Part shown: piece after piece, positions 48,571 through 63,915 of the stretch | Position numbering within the stretch: position 1 is the stretch's first letter | How the letters are laid out: every line of letters starts with the position of its first letter | Assembly (NCBI RefSeq): GCF_963921235.1 | Contig: NC_086097.1 | Span: 28,832,001 to 28,896,000 of the forward strand | Reading direction: 5' to 3' | Source: Mobula hypostoma | Lineage: Eukaryota | Length of the DNA stretch: 64,000 bases | Notes under the pieces: model-generated | Database searches by the model: none | What the model was told of the DNA's origin: nothing | The model's input: only the letters and a program-made list of their open reading frames with translations | Position numbers and translations under genes: made by a program

Positions 48571-51039
48571 ACGTGCATGTTTCAATGTACATGTGATAAA
48601 TAAATTAATCTGAATCTATTAAACAGAAGAATCTCTACTCCTGAATGTGACAGCACAGTAGACAGGGTGGTTAAAAAATGTATGTTCTCCTTCATTAACT
48701 GGGACACAGACTCTTAGAACAGAGAAGTTACAGTACAGTTTTACAAAACATTGGGAAGGTCACACTTGCAATATTGTGCAGGTCAGTTACTCCAGTATGG
48801 AAAGGACGTGATTACTTTGGAGATGGCACAGACGAGATTTATCTGGATGTTGGCCGGGATGAGAGGCTGGATTGACTATGTATGATCATCTTGAGGTGGA
48901 GCAGCCAAAGGGGAAACCTCACATTATGAGACATAGGCAGAGTATTAAACATTTTCCCCATTGCAGAAATGTCTATAAACCAGATGGCATCCATTTACAA
49001 TATGGAGTAAAATGTTTAAACATACAAGGAAGAAAGTTTTACACCGACAATTGAAGTTTGGAATGCAGAGTCTGGTGGAACACTTCGGAAGCACCTGAAC
49101 AAGCAGTTAAACTTCCAAGACATAGAAAGCTTCGTACCAAGCGCTGTTTAATGAGATTAGTGTAAATGAATGAAATGGTTTGCATGGATAGGCAGGGCTA
49201 AATGGCCCATTTCGGTGACTTTGACACTTGGTCAGACTGCATCCCTGGCAAGAAAAAGACTCAATTTTTCAAGTGGATAGCCATTCATCAGAACTGAAAT
49301 GCTAATTCTCTTTCCCACAATTTACTGGAGGAACTCAGTGAGTCAAGCAGCGTCTGTGGGAAGAAAGGAATCACAAATGTTTCGGGTTAAAACCCTGGTG
49401 CAGGGCTTTGATGTTTAACATTGACAACTTCTTTCCTCCCACAGATGCTGCCTGACTGCTGAGTTCCTCCAGTCGATTGTTCATTGCCCTACATACAGCA
49501 TCACAGTCTCTTGCCTCTCTATCTCCAGATTTTTGCTGACCAGCTGAGTATTCCAACATTTTCCTTTTAATTTCATTTTCAGATTAATTTATCAAATACA
49601 TATTCAAACATATAGTGAAATGCATCACTTGCATTAACAACCAACACACACCTAGGGATGTGCAGGGCGCAGCCCATAAGTGTAACCACACATTCCGGCA
49701 CCAGCCTCCATGTGCTCCCGTTTCCTCCCATATTCCAAAGGCATATGGGTTAATTGGGTCAAATGTGCACAACTGGGCAGCGTGGGCTTGTTGGGCTGGA
49801 ATGGTCTGTTACAGTGTTGCACCTCTAATTTTTAAAAAAAAATATAGCATAGAATTTTTATGCGTTTGTTTCCGTGTCATATTATAGGAGAAGCCATTCA
49901 GTCCATGCCTACTTGCCATAGACAGAATCCCATCAATCCCATTTGCTGCCTTTTATTTCCACAATTTATTCTTGCCCACATGTCCATTTACCTACACCAA
50001 GGGCTTATTCACAGAAGACACCACAGACAGGTCTTTGGGATGTAGGAGGAAAGGAAAGCACCTTGGGGAAAATCTATATGGCCAAGGGAGAATAATAAAC
50101 TCAAACACGAGGATCAAAAACTCAAAAAACAGCATTTTGTGTGTGTTGCAAAAATAAACTCAATAAGGATAGCATCTGAGGTCAGGATGAGTTCTTGAAG
50201 CTGTAAAACAGCAGCAGTAAATTCTGTGCCACTCTGGCACCCTCGACTTGTAACATCTGAGTAAATGGGAAACAACTAACCAACAACTCGCCTTGGACCA
50301 ATATTTCTAGTGGATCTAGACCATCTCACCCTACTCAAACAGCAACAGAGTATCAATCACTATAAAAAAGTGCTAAAAACAGGTGTTAGATGATGAAGGG
50401 TCTCAGCATAAACATTGACTGTTTAGTTTTATTCCTCATGTGTTTGAAGGATGTAAGTAACAAAGTCAATTCAATTCAATATTCTTCTCCATAGACGGTG
50501 ACTTCCAGCATTTTGTGTGTGTTACTCTAGGGTTACATGATTAGTTTTAAACACATATTTAGACCGAATATTCTCAAAATAGTACCCCTTCTCTAAGTAA
50601 AATTCAACAAATACTGGCAAATAAAAACGTATCAGGGGTTTACAAATTTACATATCATTCCTTTCAAATACCATCACCTTTGAATATAACTTTCAAAGTA
50701 CATCAGAACTCATGTCCCAGTTCACATCTAGCAACTTTTGGAGTGAATAATAAATAACCCTGAAGATTATCACCAACTGAATTATCCTTCATCCACTGAT
50801 CGTTGAGCACCACTATCGAATATGATTAGCAATGTATAGCCAAGACACCTCTTCACAACAAAAACATATATAAATTGATAAATAAGAAGAGGTTCTTAAC
50901 AAGTAACTTCGTTCTAGTTTGGGATGAGGGAGGGCAGGATCTCAAAAGATGAACGTGGGTGAATGAGGTATGTATAAATACTGTAAAAATTGTCTGAGGG
51001 GTACGACAGACTACCTGTAACAGAGCCCAGTATTACTCC

Positions 51040-51770
<731 letters not shown>

Positions 51771-52206
51771 CTACCGACTGACGGTCCGGAGCCGGACCAC
51801 AGGGCCCAAGTTACCGACTGACCGTTGGAGCCGGACCTCAGGGCCCAAGTTACCGACTGACCGTCCGGAGCCGGACCTCAGGGCCCAAGTTACCGACTGA
51901 CCGTCCGGAGCCGGACCTCAGTGTCCGAGTTACCGACTGACCGTCCGGAGCCGGACCTCAGGGCCCAAGTTACCGACTGACCATCCGGAGCCGGACCATA
52001 GGGGCTGAGTTACCGACTGACCGTCCGGAGCTGGACCTCAGGGCCCGAGTTACCGACTGACCGTCCGGAGCTGGACCTCAGGGCCCGAGTTACCGACTGA
52101 CCGTCCGGAGGCGGACCACAGGGGCCGTTACCGACTGACCGTCCGGAGGCGGACTACAGGGGCCGAGTTACCGACTGACCGTCTGGAGTCGGACTACAAG
52201 GCCCGA
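51771..52206. repeat. 40-bp CpG-rich minisatellite, about 11 units
   Basis: Unit TTACCGACTGACCGTCCGGAGCCGGACCTCAGGGCCCAAG starts at 51771, 51811, 51850, 51890, 51930, 51970, 52010, 52050, 52090, 52128 and 52168; degenerate related sequence continues to about 52600. Confidence 0.95.
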
Positions 52207-53223
52207 TTACCCAGTCATATCAGGAGCTGGACCACTGAGTGACCGGAGATCCGGGCTACCGAATGACCTTCCGGAGCTGGTCCGTTGAGTGACCAGAGGA
52301 GCCAATTTGCCGAGTAACCGTCCGAAGATGGATAACCGAATGACCATAGGTGCTGGGCTAACGAGTGACCATACAGTCACCCTCCGGAGCTATCCGGCCT
52401 CATTGGTCATTAAGTCCTGCTCTGTCTGATACAGGATGGAGTGACCAGTGAGGCCAGACCATTGAATAATTACTTGGACCGGATCTCTGTGACCATCTTG
52501 ATCTAGATAAAGAGACAACTGAGTGACGAGCAGGAACGGACTACTGACTAACGGCCAAGAATCTGATAAAATTGCCACTGGGACTAGACCATTGAGATCT
52601 TTCAGATTTAAGTTAACTAGTGAGGTATGTCCAGGGGAGCTTTTGGAATCAGTATGTAGATAAGCCAACTAGGGAAGTGACATTGCTGGACCTTGTCTTA
52701 GGGAATCTAACTGGTCAAGTGGAATGAGTGTCAGTGAGGAAACATTTTGAGGTAGTGACCTAAACTCCTTGTAGATCAAAGCAGTTGTGTAAAAAGATAT
52801 TAATGTACCAGGAATAAAGATCTCAACATTTGTGGTGGAAGGTTAGTTTCAGATTAAAATAAGACAGGACCTGACAAAGGTAGACTTGGTGCTTCTATTT
52901 GAAGGTAAGTCTACGTATTTGCAGCGGGAAGAATTCAAAGGAGAAATAATAATTGTTTACAGATAAGGGTAAAATGTACAGTGAACACTGGATATGTGGG
53001 GAATATTAAGAGAAGTGGTCATCAATGGAGTAAAAATTGTTGGGAGACATAGTTATTTACTTATTTGTTTGTTATTTAGAGATACAGTATGGTAACAGGC
53101 CCTTTTAGCCCAAAGAACCGGCTCTGCCTCGTTACACCCATGTGACTTACTAAACTGTACATCTTTGGAAAATGGGAGGAATCCAGAGCACCCGGAGGAA
53201 ACCCACATGGCCACAGTGGAATG

Positions 53224-53444
53224 TAGAACCATAGAACATTACAGCACAGGAACAGGCCTTTTGGCCCTTCTTGGCTGTGCCGAACCATTTTTCTGCCTCA
53301 TCCCACTGACCTGCACCTGGACCATATCCCTCCATACACCTCTCATCCATGTATCTGTCCAAGTTTTTCTTGAATGTTAAAAGTGAGCCTGCATTTACCA
53401 CTTCATCTGGCAGCTCATTCCACACTCCCACCACTCTCTGTGTG
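53224..53444 (-). mobile_element. CR1 3' end inserted in a V-SINE
   Basis: VGVWNELPDEVVNAGSLLTFKKNLDRYM with TTCTATGGTTCTA tail; SINE resumes on both sides. Confidence 0.75.
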
Positions 53445-56400
53445 CAAACTCCTTACAGGAATTGAACCCCCGTCTCTAGTGCTGTAAAGTGTTACACTAA
53501 CCACTGCACTACCATGATGCCCTAAATTTTAAAAGAATCAGGTTTATTATCATTGATGTATTGCGTGAAATCTGTTGCTTTGGGGCAGTAGTACAATGCA
53601 ATACTATAAATTACAAGAAGAATGTACTGTGTAAAGATAAACAAGTAGAACCAAAAGAGAGGAAAATAGAGAGGTTGTGTTCATGGGTTCTTGGACCATT
53701 CAGAAATCTGATCCTAAAATACATGTGTCTTCAGGCTTCGGAAACTCCTCCCTGGTGGCGTTAATGAGAAGAGGACATATCTTGGGTGGTGAGGCTACTT
53801 AGTGATGGACGCTGCTGCCTTGAGGCATTGCCTTTTGCAGATGTCCTTGATGGTGGGGAGACAAGTGCCGTGATGGAGCTGGCTGAGTCCACAATCTAGT
53901 ACAGCTTTTACTAATCTTCTGCATTGACGCCTCCATGCTGGGGTGCATATTAGAAGAGCAAAGAGGAATAATAATATTATTAGCAGACAGGTAAATCCAA
54001 GATAGAAGTATGTTGAGGTCAAAAGTGTAGGACCCCTAAAGGGGCAATAAGTTTATTGTCAGTTATGTGAGATCCTAAGTGAACACTTCCCTATAATAAA
54101 CATAAGAGATTCTGCAACACACACAAAAAGGCTGGAGGAACTCAGAAGGTCAGACAGCATAAAGTGGAATAAACGGTTAACATTTCAGTCCAACATCCTT
54201 CACCAGAACTGGCCTAATGAAGGGTATCAGCCTGAAACGCCAACTGTTCATAGCTCTCCATTGATGCTGCCTGATCTGCTGACTTCTCAGTAGTATTCAT
54301 GAGGGAACCTGACTTCATCATTGGAGAACTCAGCGAAGAGGCTGTATGTCTTTGGAATGTGGGAGGAATCTGGAGCACCCAGAGGAAACCCATACAGGCA
54401 TGGTGAGACGATATAAACTCTTTGTAGGCAGCGGTAGAATTGAACTTGAGTTGCTGGCACTAACGGCAATGCTCGCTTGCCGCTTAATTAATTAATTAGC
54501 CATTGTTAATCACTCCTAGTCTAGCTGAATGGTAGAATCTGGGGGAAGGAGTTGAAACTGTAGGGAGAATTTTAAAAATGGGATTAATTTCATTTTTGTG
54601 TGAATTGATAGGTGAGCGGTGTGATAGTCAGTTGAAAGGCCTGAGTCTATGTTGTACCTCAATGATTTGTGGTACCAGATCTCTGAGTGACTGTTGAGAG
54701 CTGGATCACTGGGTGATTGCTTTAGAGACAGACCACAGTGTAATCATCTGAATCCAAGCCACTGAATGACTATCCAGAGCCAGATCACAAGTGACTGTAT
54801 AAATTAATGATTCTGTAACTCTTTCAGATGGATTTCGAGATAGACATGTATGTATATAATATGATAGAATTTTACATTATGTTTGAAATGTGTAATTCAA
54901 TCTAAACAAAGGAAACTGTAAAAACACAAGGGGTGAGTTGGCTGTGGTTGATTAAAAGATGTACAATATTACAGAAGGAAGGGAGGGGGCCCTCACCATC
55001 TGGGACATGCTTCTTGCCCTCTGCCTTCAGGTTTCTGGATGGACAATAAACCCAATAACACTACCCCATAATTCATTTTTGCACAATTTATGTATTTTTG
55101 TAACTTAATTTTTGTCTTGCATTGTACTGCTGCTGCAAAGCAACACATTTCACAACATATAAACTTGATACTGATTCAATGGCTGGTATTTAAAGAAATA
55201 ATACAGTTTTCAACAACGAAGACCATAAGACTTAACAGAATTAGGCCATTCAGCCCATCGAGTCTGCTTTGCCATTCAGTCATGGCTGATTTATTTTTTA
55301 ATTTTTTTATGGTGCAGAGATACAGCAGGAACAGTGACCTATCAAACTTACTGATCTAGTTTACCACATTATCATCCAGATCATTGATGTAGGTGACAAA
55401 TAACAGTGGACCTAGCAGCAATCCCTGCGGCACACCACAGGTCACAGGCCTCCAGTCAGAGAGGCAACCATCTATTGTCACTTTGGAGAGGAAATCAGGA
55501 ATGAAAAGTAATCCTGAATCCATTAAGGACCTGTGCACTGAATTTTTCTCACTCAAAGTTATGTAAGTTATTAGCTTTGTGGAAACCGGTTAAATCACTG
55601 TGCAGTTTAGTTTCCACCGGAGAAAGTATTAATAAGGTTTACAAGAATAATATTAGAACTAAATCACAACTATCAAGCTATTTTTCTGTACAATGGTGAA
55701 GCATGAACAGTGACTAATTAGATGCCAAAGGGAGCTTAAATGTGCAAAGTAACACACACAATTATTCTTCTTGTATGTTGTTTGTACTGAACATACACCT
55801 TGACTATGCTGCAAATGGAACCAGGTGGAGGAGGGGTGGGTGGGACAGAGGTTAGGTAGTGGAATCAGATGGGTAGGAGATGCTTGGCCAATGGAACCAG
55901 GTAGGGGTGAGAGATGAACAAGGAAGAAGAATACCAAGTGGACAAGTAATGGTGTGTGGGAAAGAACACCAGGGGTGTGCATTATATGCAATTGGTAAAT
56001 TCACTGTGCATTCCATTGGGTTGTAAACTACTCAAGTGGGATATGAGATGTTGTGTTTGCTTCCCTCCCCTTAACATTGGTGAAGGTCAGACAGGTGGGA
56101 ATGAAAAAGAGAATTAAAATGACATCCACCTTTCCCCACCTGGTTCCATCTGTACATCATTCCCTCCCCATCTGTTCCACCTATCATCTACCAGCCTCTA
56201 TCCCACCTGTCCTTGTACTTCTATATACTGGCAATGTTTCCTCTCAGAGTTGATGCAGTGTCTGAACCCAAAATACCAACTTGCACTTTTTGCCTACACG
56301 GGTACCTCCTGACCCACAGAATATTTCGAGCACTCTGTTTATTGTTCAAAATGTCAGTATCTGTCTTCTATTTTGTCTGCAGGGACCACAGAACTGTTGA

Positions 56401-59149
56401 GGTACAGAGGGATCACGGAGTGCAAGGTGATGACAGAGGTGAATAGGGTGGTGAAGAACTCTTGGCATGCTTGCCATCAGAGGCTGAGGCAGCTGTACAG
56501 ATCATGGGTCAGGCCACACCTGGACTGTTATATTCAGTTCTGGTCACCATGCTACAGGATGGATGTGGCAGCATTGGAGAGAGTGCTGAAGAGATTCATG
56601 GGGATTTGTTTAAAATAAAAGGATTTACTTATAAAAGCAAGATTGGATAAGTTGGGTTTATTCTCACTGGAATGTAGAGGGCTGAGGGGTGACTGTTGTG
56701 TTTGATTTGATTATGGTGGGCATAGACAGGGTAACTAGTCCTTTTCCTCAGGTGGGTTGTCTAAAACCAGAAGGCACAGTTTTAAAGTGGGAGATCCTGA
56801 ATAGCAGGATTTTCATATAGTGGGTTGTAGTTACATAAAATGGGCTGCCAAGTGGAGTGGTAATGGCTGGTATAATTACAGCATTAAAAACATTAGAATT
56901 GGTACTTGGATAGGAAAGAAGCAGAGGGATATGGGTCTAATATGGGCAAATGAAATTTGCACGTGTAGGCATCTTGGTCAGTGTGAATGAGTTAGGCCAA
57001 AGGACCTGTTTCTAAGCTGTACAAGTCTATGGAGACCAAAAAATGCAGGTAATACTTTGGGCATGGTCAATGTTGTATAAAAGCCTTTTACAGTCAATAC
57101 TCCTTGTAATGTGCTAATATTCCATGCACCTAATTAAACTATCAGAATGCTAATATTTTGTGTTCTGTACAGTTGAGACTCCACAGCCTTTGATACTGCT
57201 GTATGTCATAGTCACAATCATTTAAATAATAAGTTGCTGTTCTATTCTTCCTTCCAGAGTAGATATGCTCACATTTTTCTCTCTGTCAACTATTTGGCAA
57301 CTTGCTTAACTTGTAAGGGCTCTTCATGTCTTTCTCACACCTTGCTAAGCCACCTATCTTTGTTTCAGCAAATTTAGCCATGGTATCCTAGCTCCCTTCA
57401 TTCAAGTTACAACACACATAAGAAATAGTTAAGGCCCCATCACTAATGCCTGTGGCTCCAATGACTACCAGTCTAAAAATTCTAACAGTGTGTATTTGTT
57501 TAGGTAGCCAGTCCCTTACCCCTGCAAGTCCCAACTCCATGCACTGTAATCTCATGCAATAGCCATTCAAAGCACATTATCAATTGCCTTTTGGAATTCA
57601 GATGCATTGTATCCAACAATGATCTTATCTGTTACTTCCTCAAGGAACTCTCGCAGAGTTATCAAAAGTGATTTCCTCTTTTACTTAAAATTCTCTAAAT
57701 GTCCTCAATAGCAGATTCCTCCAACATTTTCCCAGTGACAGAAATTAGGCTACAAGCTGATAATTTTCTTTTCTCTGGCTCCCTCCTTTCTTGAATAATG
57801 GCATTGCTTTTGTGTTCATTTTTTACATACCTGTAGACACTCTTACTGCCTGTTTTTATATTATTTACCACATTACTCTCATACTTTGTCCCCTCCCTCT
57901 TTTTGATTTTTTTTTTAACCTGGGTCACTTGACCTATAAGGGCTCTTCCCCGGGCAGAAATGGCTAACACGAGGGCACATAATTTTAAATTGATTGGAGG
58001 AAAGTATAGGGGGGTGTCACAAGTAAGGTTTTTAAACAGAGAGTGGTAGGTGTGAAGAATTCCCTTCCAGGGGTGAAGGTAGAGGCAAATACATTAGAGG
58101 CATTTAAGAAACATGGATGATAGAAAAATGGAGGGCAATGTAGGAAGGAAAGGTTAGATTGATCTTGGAGTAGGTCAGAAGGTCGGCACAACATTGTGGG
58201 CCTGGTCTGTGATGTATTGTTCTATGTTCTTTGACTCACAGTTGCGTCAAAAGAGCATAGAGATCAACCCAGCGTGTGGGAAAAGCACAGAGAGCTCTGG
58301 GGGAGAAGCTCACAAAGGTTTAATAGTCAAGAACATAAGACATAGGAAGAGAATTAGGCTGTTCAGCTCATCAAGTGTGCTCCGCCATTCCATCGTGGCT
58401 GGTCCCGGATCCCACTCAACCCCATACATCTGCCTTCTCGCCATATCCTTTGGTGCCCTGAAGATCAGGAAACTATCAACTCCTGCCTTAAATATACACA
58501 TGAACTTGGCCACCAAACCTTTGGAAGCATGGTCTGTTTTATACATAGTTATTACTGTATTATTGTTCATTTCTGACACCTGAAACATACGTCATCAAAT
58601 ATCCAGACACATCAATAGCAATTTGCACTTAAATTCTATGTGTAATGTACCAAATATCCAAAGCACTTTACATTTGTATTATCAACCAATATCAATATCA
58701 AGCCACAAATGAAGTGGTTTAATATGTTGCTAGATATTTGGTCAAGAAGTTTATGAGAGTACAAATAGCTTTTTACATCATGAGAGATTATTGAACCCAT
58801 TTGGGTTCATGCTTGCTCCCAAGGGAGCCATCCCATCTGCCCCAATCCCCTTTTTATTTTCCCAGTGGGACTGGAATGTGTTCCCTCTTTCATTCTTACC
58901 TTGATCCTTTTCTCCATCTACCTGTATTTAGGGGTATTTACAGGCAACTTCCCAATGGGACAGTCAGTACAAGCATCTAGCCCAAAGGACCTGGATCAAG
59001 TGGCACAAAACTTTAACTACCCACCAATGTTCTGTGTCAATAGTTTTTTTTCTGCAAAGTGTTGTTTCCTTAAGCTGTACCACAGCCTCAGACACTGATC
59101 AATTCAACTCGCCTAAACAGAAACTATCACCATCAGTCAAAACGTATCA

Positions 59150-60620
59150 GAATCTGGTTTAATACCGCTGCCATATGTTGTGAAATTTGTTGTATTGTGT
59201 AGACAGTACATTGCAAGACACAATAATAACATCGAAAACTATACAATTTTTTTAAAAATATAAAAATTAAATAAGTAGTGAAAAAAAAAATAGTGAGGTA
59301 GAGGACATGGGTTTATTGTCCATTCAGAAATCTGATGGTACTGGATAAGAAACTGCTTCTAAAATGTCGAATGTGTATCTTCAGGCTCCCGTCCTTACTC
59401 CTTAATGGTAGTAATGAGAAGAAGGCATGTCCTGGGTGATACATTGCCTTCAGAAGATGACCTTGATGCTGGTGCCCATGATGGAGCTAACTAAGTTTGC
59501 AACATTTGCAGCTTTTTCCGATCCTGTGCAGGGCCCCCTCCATACCAGAGTGATGCAACCAGCTAAAATGCTGTCCACAGTATCTTTGTAGAAATTTACA
59601 AGAGTGTAACATAACAAAGTCTCCTCAAACTCCTCATGAAATATAGCAGCTATTGTGTCTTCCTTGTAATTACATGGATATGTTGTGCTCAGGATAGATC
59701 TTCAGAGATGTTGACATCCAGGAACTGAAACTGCTCAATCTTTCCACTACTGATCTCTCAATGAGGACTGGTGCATGGTCCATCAACTTCCCCTTCCAAA
59801 AGTCTACAATCAATTCCTTGGTCTAATTGATATTGAATGCAAGGTTGTTGTTGATACATCACTCAACCAACTGATCTATATCACTCCTATACACCTCATC
59901 ACCATCTGAAATTCTGCCAACAATAGTTGTATCTTCAGCAAATTTATAGATGTTGTTTGAATTGTGCTTAACCACACAGTTGTGGGTGTAGAGAATAGAG
60001 CAGTGGGCTAAACATGCATCTTTGAGGTGCACGAGTATTGATTATCAGTGCAGAGATGTTATTTCTGATCCACGCTGACTGATCTGACACGGAAGTTAAG
60101 GATCCAGTTGCCGAGGGAGCCACGGAGGCTCAAGTTTTGGAGCTTATCAATAGTGTTGGGGGTATGATAGTGTTGGATGCTGAGCTGTAATCAATAAACA
60201 GCAGCCTCACAGGAATTGCTATAGTCCTGGTGACCCAAGGCCGAGTGGAGAGACAGTGAGATTGCATCTGCTGTAGGCCTATTCTGGTGATTGGCAAATT
60301 GCAGTGGTTCCATGTCCTTGCTTAGACTGGAATTGATTCTGGCCATGACCAGCCTCTCAAAGCACTTCAGCACAGCAGATGTGAGTGCAAATGTGTGATA
60401 GTCTTTAAGGCAGCTCATCCTGCTCCTCTTGGGGACTGGTATGGATATTGCCCTTTTGAAGCAGGTGGAAGCTTCAGACTGCAACAGTGAGAGAGTGAAG
60501 ATATCCTTGAACACTCCTGCCAGTTGGTTGGCATGGGTTTTCACTGCCCTACCATCAGGCCCTGATGCTTTCAAAGGATTCACCATGAAAAATGTTCTGA
60601 CGTTGGCCTCCAAAACATAT
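59150..60620 (-). mobile_element. Rex1/Babar RT and 3' fragment
   Basis: KASGPDG..QLAGVFKDIF..ALTSAVLKCFERLV..TADAIS. Confidence 0.85.
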
Positions 60621-60654
60621 GTAACGTTCATATCCTCCCTCAGAACACCATGTG

Positions 60655-61620
60655 GTGAAGTGAGAAGCTGGGAGAGGATAGGTGGAAGAGGTGAAGGGAT
60701 GAAGATGCAGGAATCTGACGGGAGAGGGCAGTGGACCATAGGAAGAGGGGAACCAGAGTGAGGTGACAACCAGAAGGGGTAAAATGGGGAATGGGAAAAA
60801 AATGAAGGAGGGATTGAGGAGATATTACCAGAAGTTGGAGAAATTGAGGCTAGAGTGGGGAATAGAAGAAGGCGGAGGGGAAAAAATACCTGAAGGAGAA
60901 ATTGATGTTCATGCCCCAGGCTAGAAGCTACCCAAATGTTATATGAAGCATTGCCACCCTCCCCAACCTGAATTTGGACTCATTGTGGCACTAGAGGAGG
61001 TCATGGACAGACATGTCAAAATGGGAATGGGACGTTGAATTGAAATGGGTGGCCACCGGGAAATCTCGCGTTGAGTAGCAGACGGAGCAAAGGTGTTGGA
61101 TGACGTAGTCTGTGGCTGGTCTCTCCGATGTAGAGGAGGCTTCACTGGAAGCACGGGACACAGAAGATGACCTCAACAGAATCGTAGGTGAAGTGTCACC
61201 TCACGTGGAAGGATTGTTTGAGGCGAGGGAGGGTAGCCTCCAGCCTAATGGCATGAATATGAAATTTTCAAATTTCCAGCAATTTTTCCACTTTCCCCCT
61301 TCTTTCTTTCCATTCCCCATTATGACTTTCCTTTCTTCCCCTCTCCTCCTTGGCTGCTCTTCTCCTCCCTCTAGTGCCCCTCCATCTTCCCTTTCTTCCA
61401 TGTGCTTTCCTATTTGATTCCTTCAGCTTTTACCTCTCCCACCCATTCATCCCCCTGACTTGCCCGTTTGTATTCCTTCCCGCCCCCCCCCATCTTATTC
61501 TGGCTTCAGCCCCTTCCTTTCCAGTCCTAACGAAGAGTCTTGGTCCAAAATATTGACTGTTTATTCCCTTCCATAGATGCTGCCTGACTTGCTAAGTCCT
61601 TCTAGCACTATGTATCTGTT
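60655..61620. mobile_element. Old PLE with inverted halves (minus about 60655-61230, plus about 61230-61620)
   Basis: DFPVATHFNSTSHSH on minus, then GSLQPNGMNMKFSNFQ and pLTR on plus. Confidence 0.7.
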
Positions 61621-61899
61621 GCTCAGTGAGTCAGAAGGGAGATAGCAAACACGACCCAGTGAACAACACACAGAGTCAGCACGATGGCAGAATACCAGAT
61701 AGTGGATATTAAATATAATTAGCCAATTTGGGCTCCTCCCTTCATAACAGCCTCCTGGTCCACTAGTACTCACTGTTTAACTGAGCCCTCATGATGATGA
61801 AACAGTGCAGTGTACAGCAAACTACCACGACTCTCAAGGCATGCTTTGCTAAAGATGCAAAGCTTTTCCGGAACTGTTCAGACTGTGGAATAGTTGGAG

Positions 61900-62420
61900 G
61901 AACATGCTAGTAGTCTACTGCACCATGCTTTGTGGAAGCAAGACAATTGTCATGTACGTTGCCCAGGAGTGTGTGAATTTGCAATGGATTCATGAACCAC
62001 ATCAATGAGTAAATCTTACCTCCCAGGTTTATCATGGCAGCTCATGCAGATAGTATAACCTATACCATCAAAAATAAGAGATTTGGGATGAATGTCATTC
62101 TTAATTTAAATGGTGTAAACCTTAATAGGGATTTAGATTTAATCAGGACAATTCACAAGTCAGAATTGTGGACTCAAACCAAGTTACCAAGTGGTAGAAG
62201 TTATCTGCAGCCCCTACAGTAGCTGGCAAATCTCTTCCATTGACTTTATTGAAGATCTTCTGAAATATATTCACTGATTCATCCTCATCTGTTCTGCTAG
62301 CATCAATTTCAAAAAGTTTTGACTGAATTTCAAGCTTTGAATCTCCTTTATAAATCCAATCTCACTGAATTGACATTTATCAAGCATGATGTCAGATGAC
62401 CTCGCAGCCTTGGGGATGTG
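61900..62420 (+). mobile_element. Possible ancient LTR-retrotransposon integrase remnant
   Basis: LQPL followed, after a frameshift, by WQISSIDFIEDL, resembling LQPLP..PW..ISxDFI. Confidence 0.35.
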
Positions 62421-63000
62421 TCATCTGCTATTCCCAGCTACATCTTTCCTCCTCCTTCACTTCAATTTCTCTGTGATAAGGCAGTAAATGCTATTTTATA
62501 ATGTTTCTTGAGACTCCATATGTATTTTATTTAACACTGACTACCATCATTGGGACTCATCCTAATGAAGGGTCTCTGCCTGAAACATCAAATGTTTATT
62601 CCTCTCCATCAATGCTGCCTGACTTGCTGAATTCCTCCAGCATTTTGGGTGCGGATCCAAGCCGAATTCCCAGGTGATAGTAGCTATCTGCGGGCCCAGA
62701 GTAGCTGGCAAATCCATTACAACACACATAAAATGCTGGAGGAACTCTATCAGTTTCCCAAATACTTCATAACCTGGGAAGGGCCTGTTCTAGTAAATGA
62801 GGGAGAAAAATGTGTGTTCCTTTCATTCATCGATCATCTTCTTGTGGAAGACAACAGCACTGAATCTTACAAAGATTGAGTCTGATCAGCACTAAAATAC
62901 TGCTCCCGTATCTAGGAAGCTCTTGTTAGGTCTGCCTTAAAATAGGGTTTCTCTTGCATTTACTGTGATGGCCATTTTTTCTGTGAAGCACCTCGTGCTT

Positions 63001-63915
63001 TAATAATACTTTATTGTCGCCAAACAATTGGTACTAGAACGTACAATCATCACAGTGATATTTGATTCTGCGCTTCACACTCCCTGGATTACAAATATTA
63101 AATATTACAGATATTTAAAATAGTTAAAATTAGTAAATATTAAAATTTTAAATAATAAATCATAAATAGAAAATAGAAAAATGGGAAGTAAGGTAGTGCA
63201 AAAAAACCGAGAGGCAGGTCGGGATATTTGGAGGGTACGGCCCAGATCCGGGTCAGGATCTGTTCAGCAGTCTTATCACAGTTGGAAAGAAGCTGTTCCC
63301 AAATCTGGCCATACGAGTCTTCAAGCTCCTGAGCCTTCTCTCGGAGGGAAGAGGGATGAAAAGTGTGTTGGCTGGGTGGGTCGTGTCCTTGATTATCCTG
63401 GCAGCACTGTTCCGACAGCGTGCAGTGTAAAGTGAGTCCAGGGACGGAAGATTGGTTTGTGTGATGTGCTGCGCCGTGTTCAGGATCTTCTGCAGTTTCT
63501 TTCAGTCTTGGACAGGACAACTTCCATACCAGGTTGTGATGCACCCTAGAAGAATGCTTTCTACAGTGCATCTATAAAAATTAGTGAGGGTTTTAGGGGA
63601 CAGGCCAAATTTCTTTAGTTTTCTCAGGAAGTAAAGGCACTGGTGGGCCTTCTTGGCAGTGAACTCTGCTTGGTTGGACCAAGTCAGGTCATTTGTGATA
63701 TTGACCCCGAGAAACTTAAAGCTTTTGACCTGTTCCACTTGTGCACCACCAATGTAAACTGGGTCGTGCGGTCCGCTACTCCTTCTGAAGTCAACAACCA
63801 ATTCCTTTGTCTTGTTGACGTTGAGGGATAGGTTATTGTCTTCGCACCATGCCACCAGGTTCTTAATTTCCTGACTGTACTCAAAACTCATCATTACCCG
63901 AGATACGGCCTACAA
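63001..63915 (-). mobile_element. Rex1/Babar LINE 3' fragment
   Basis: LNVNKTKELVVDFRR..SFKFLGVNITNDLTWS..FYRCTVESIL; AATAAA/(TAT) tail. Confidence 0.9.

Noticed and set aside
51771..52206. CRISPR-like array
   Set aside because: Head-to-tail units without unique spacers, eukaryotic context and no cas genes; it is a minisatellite.
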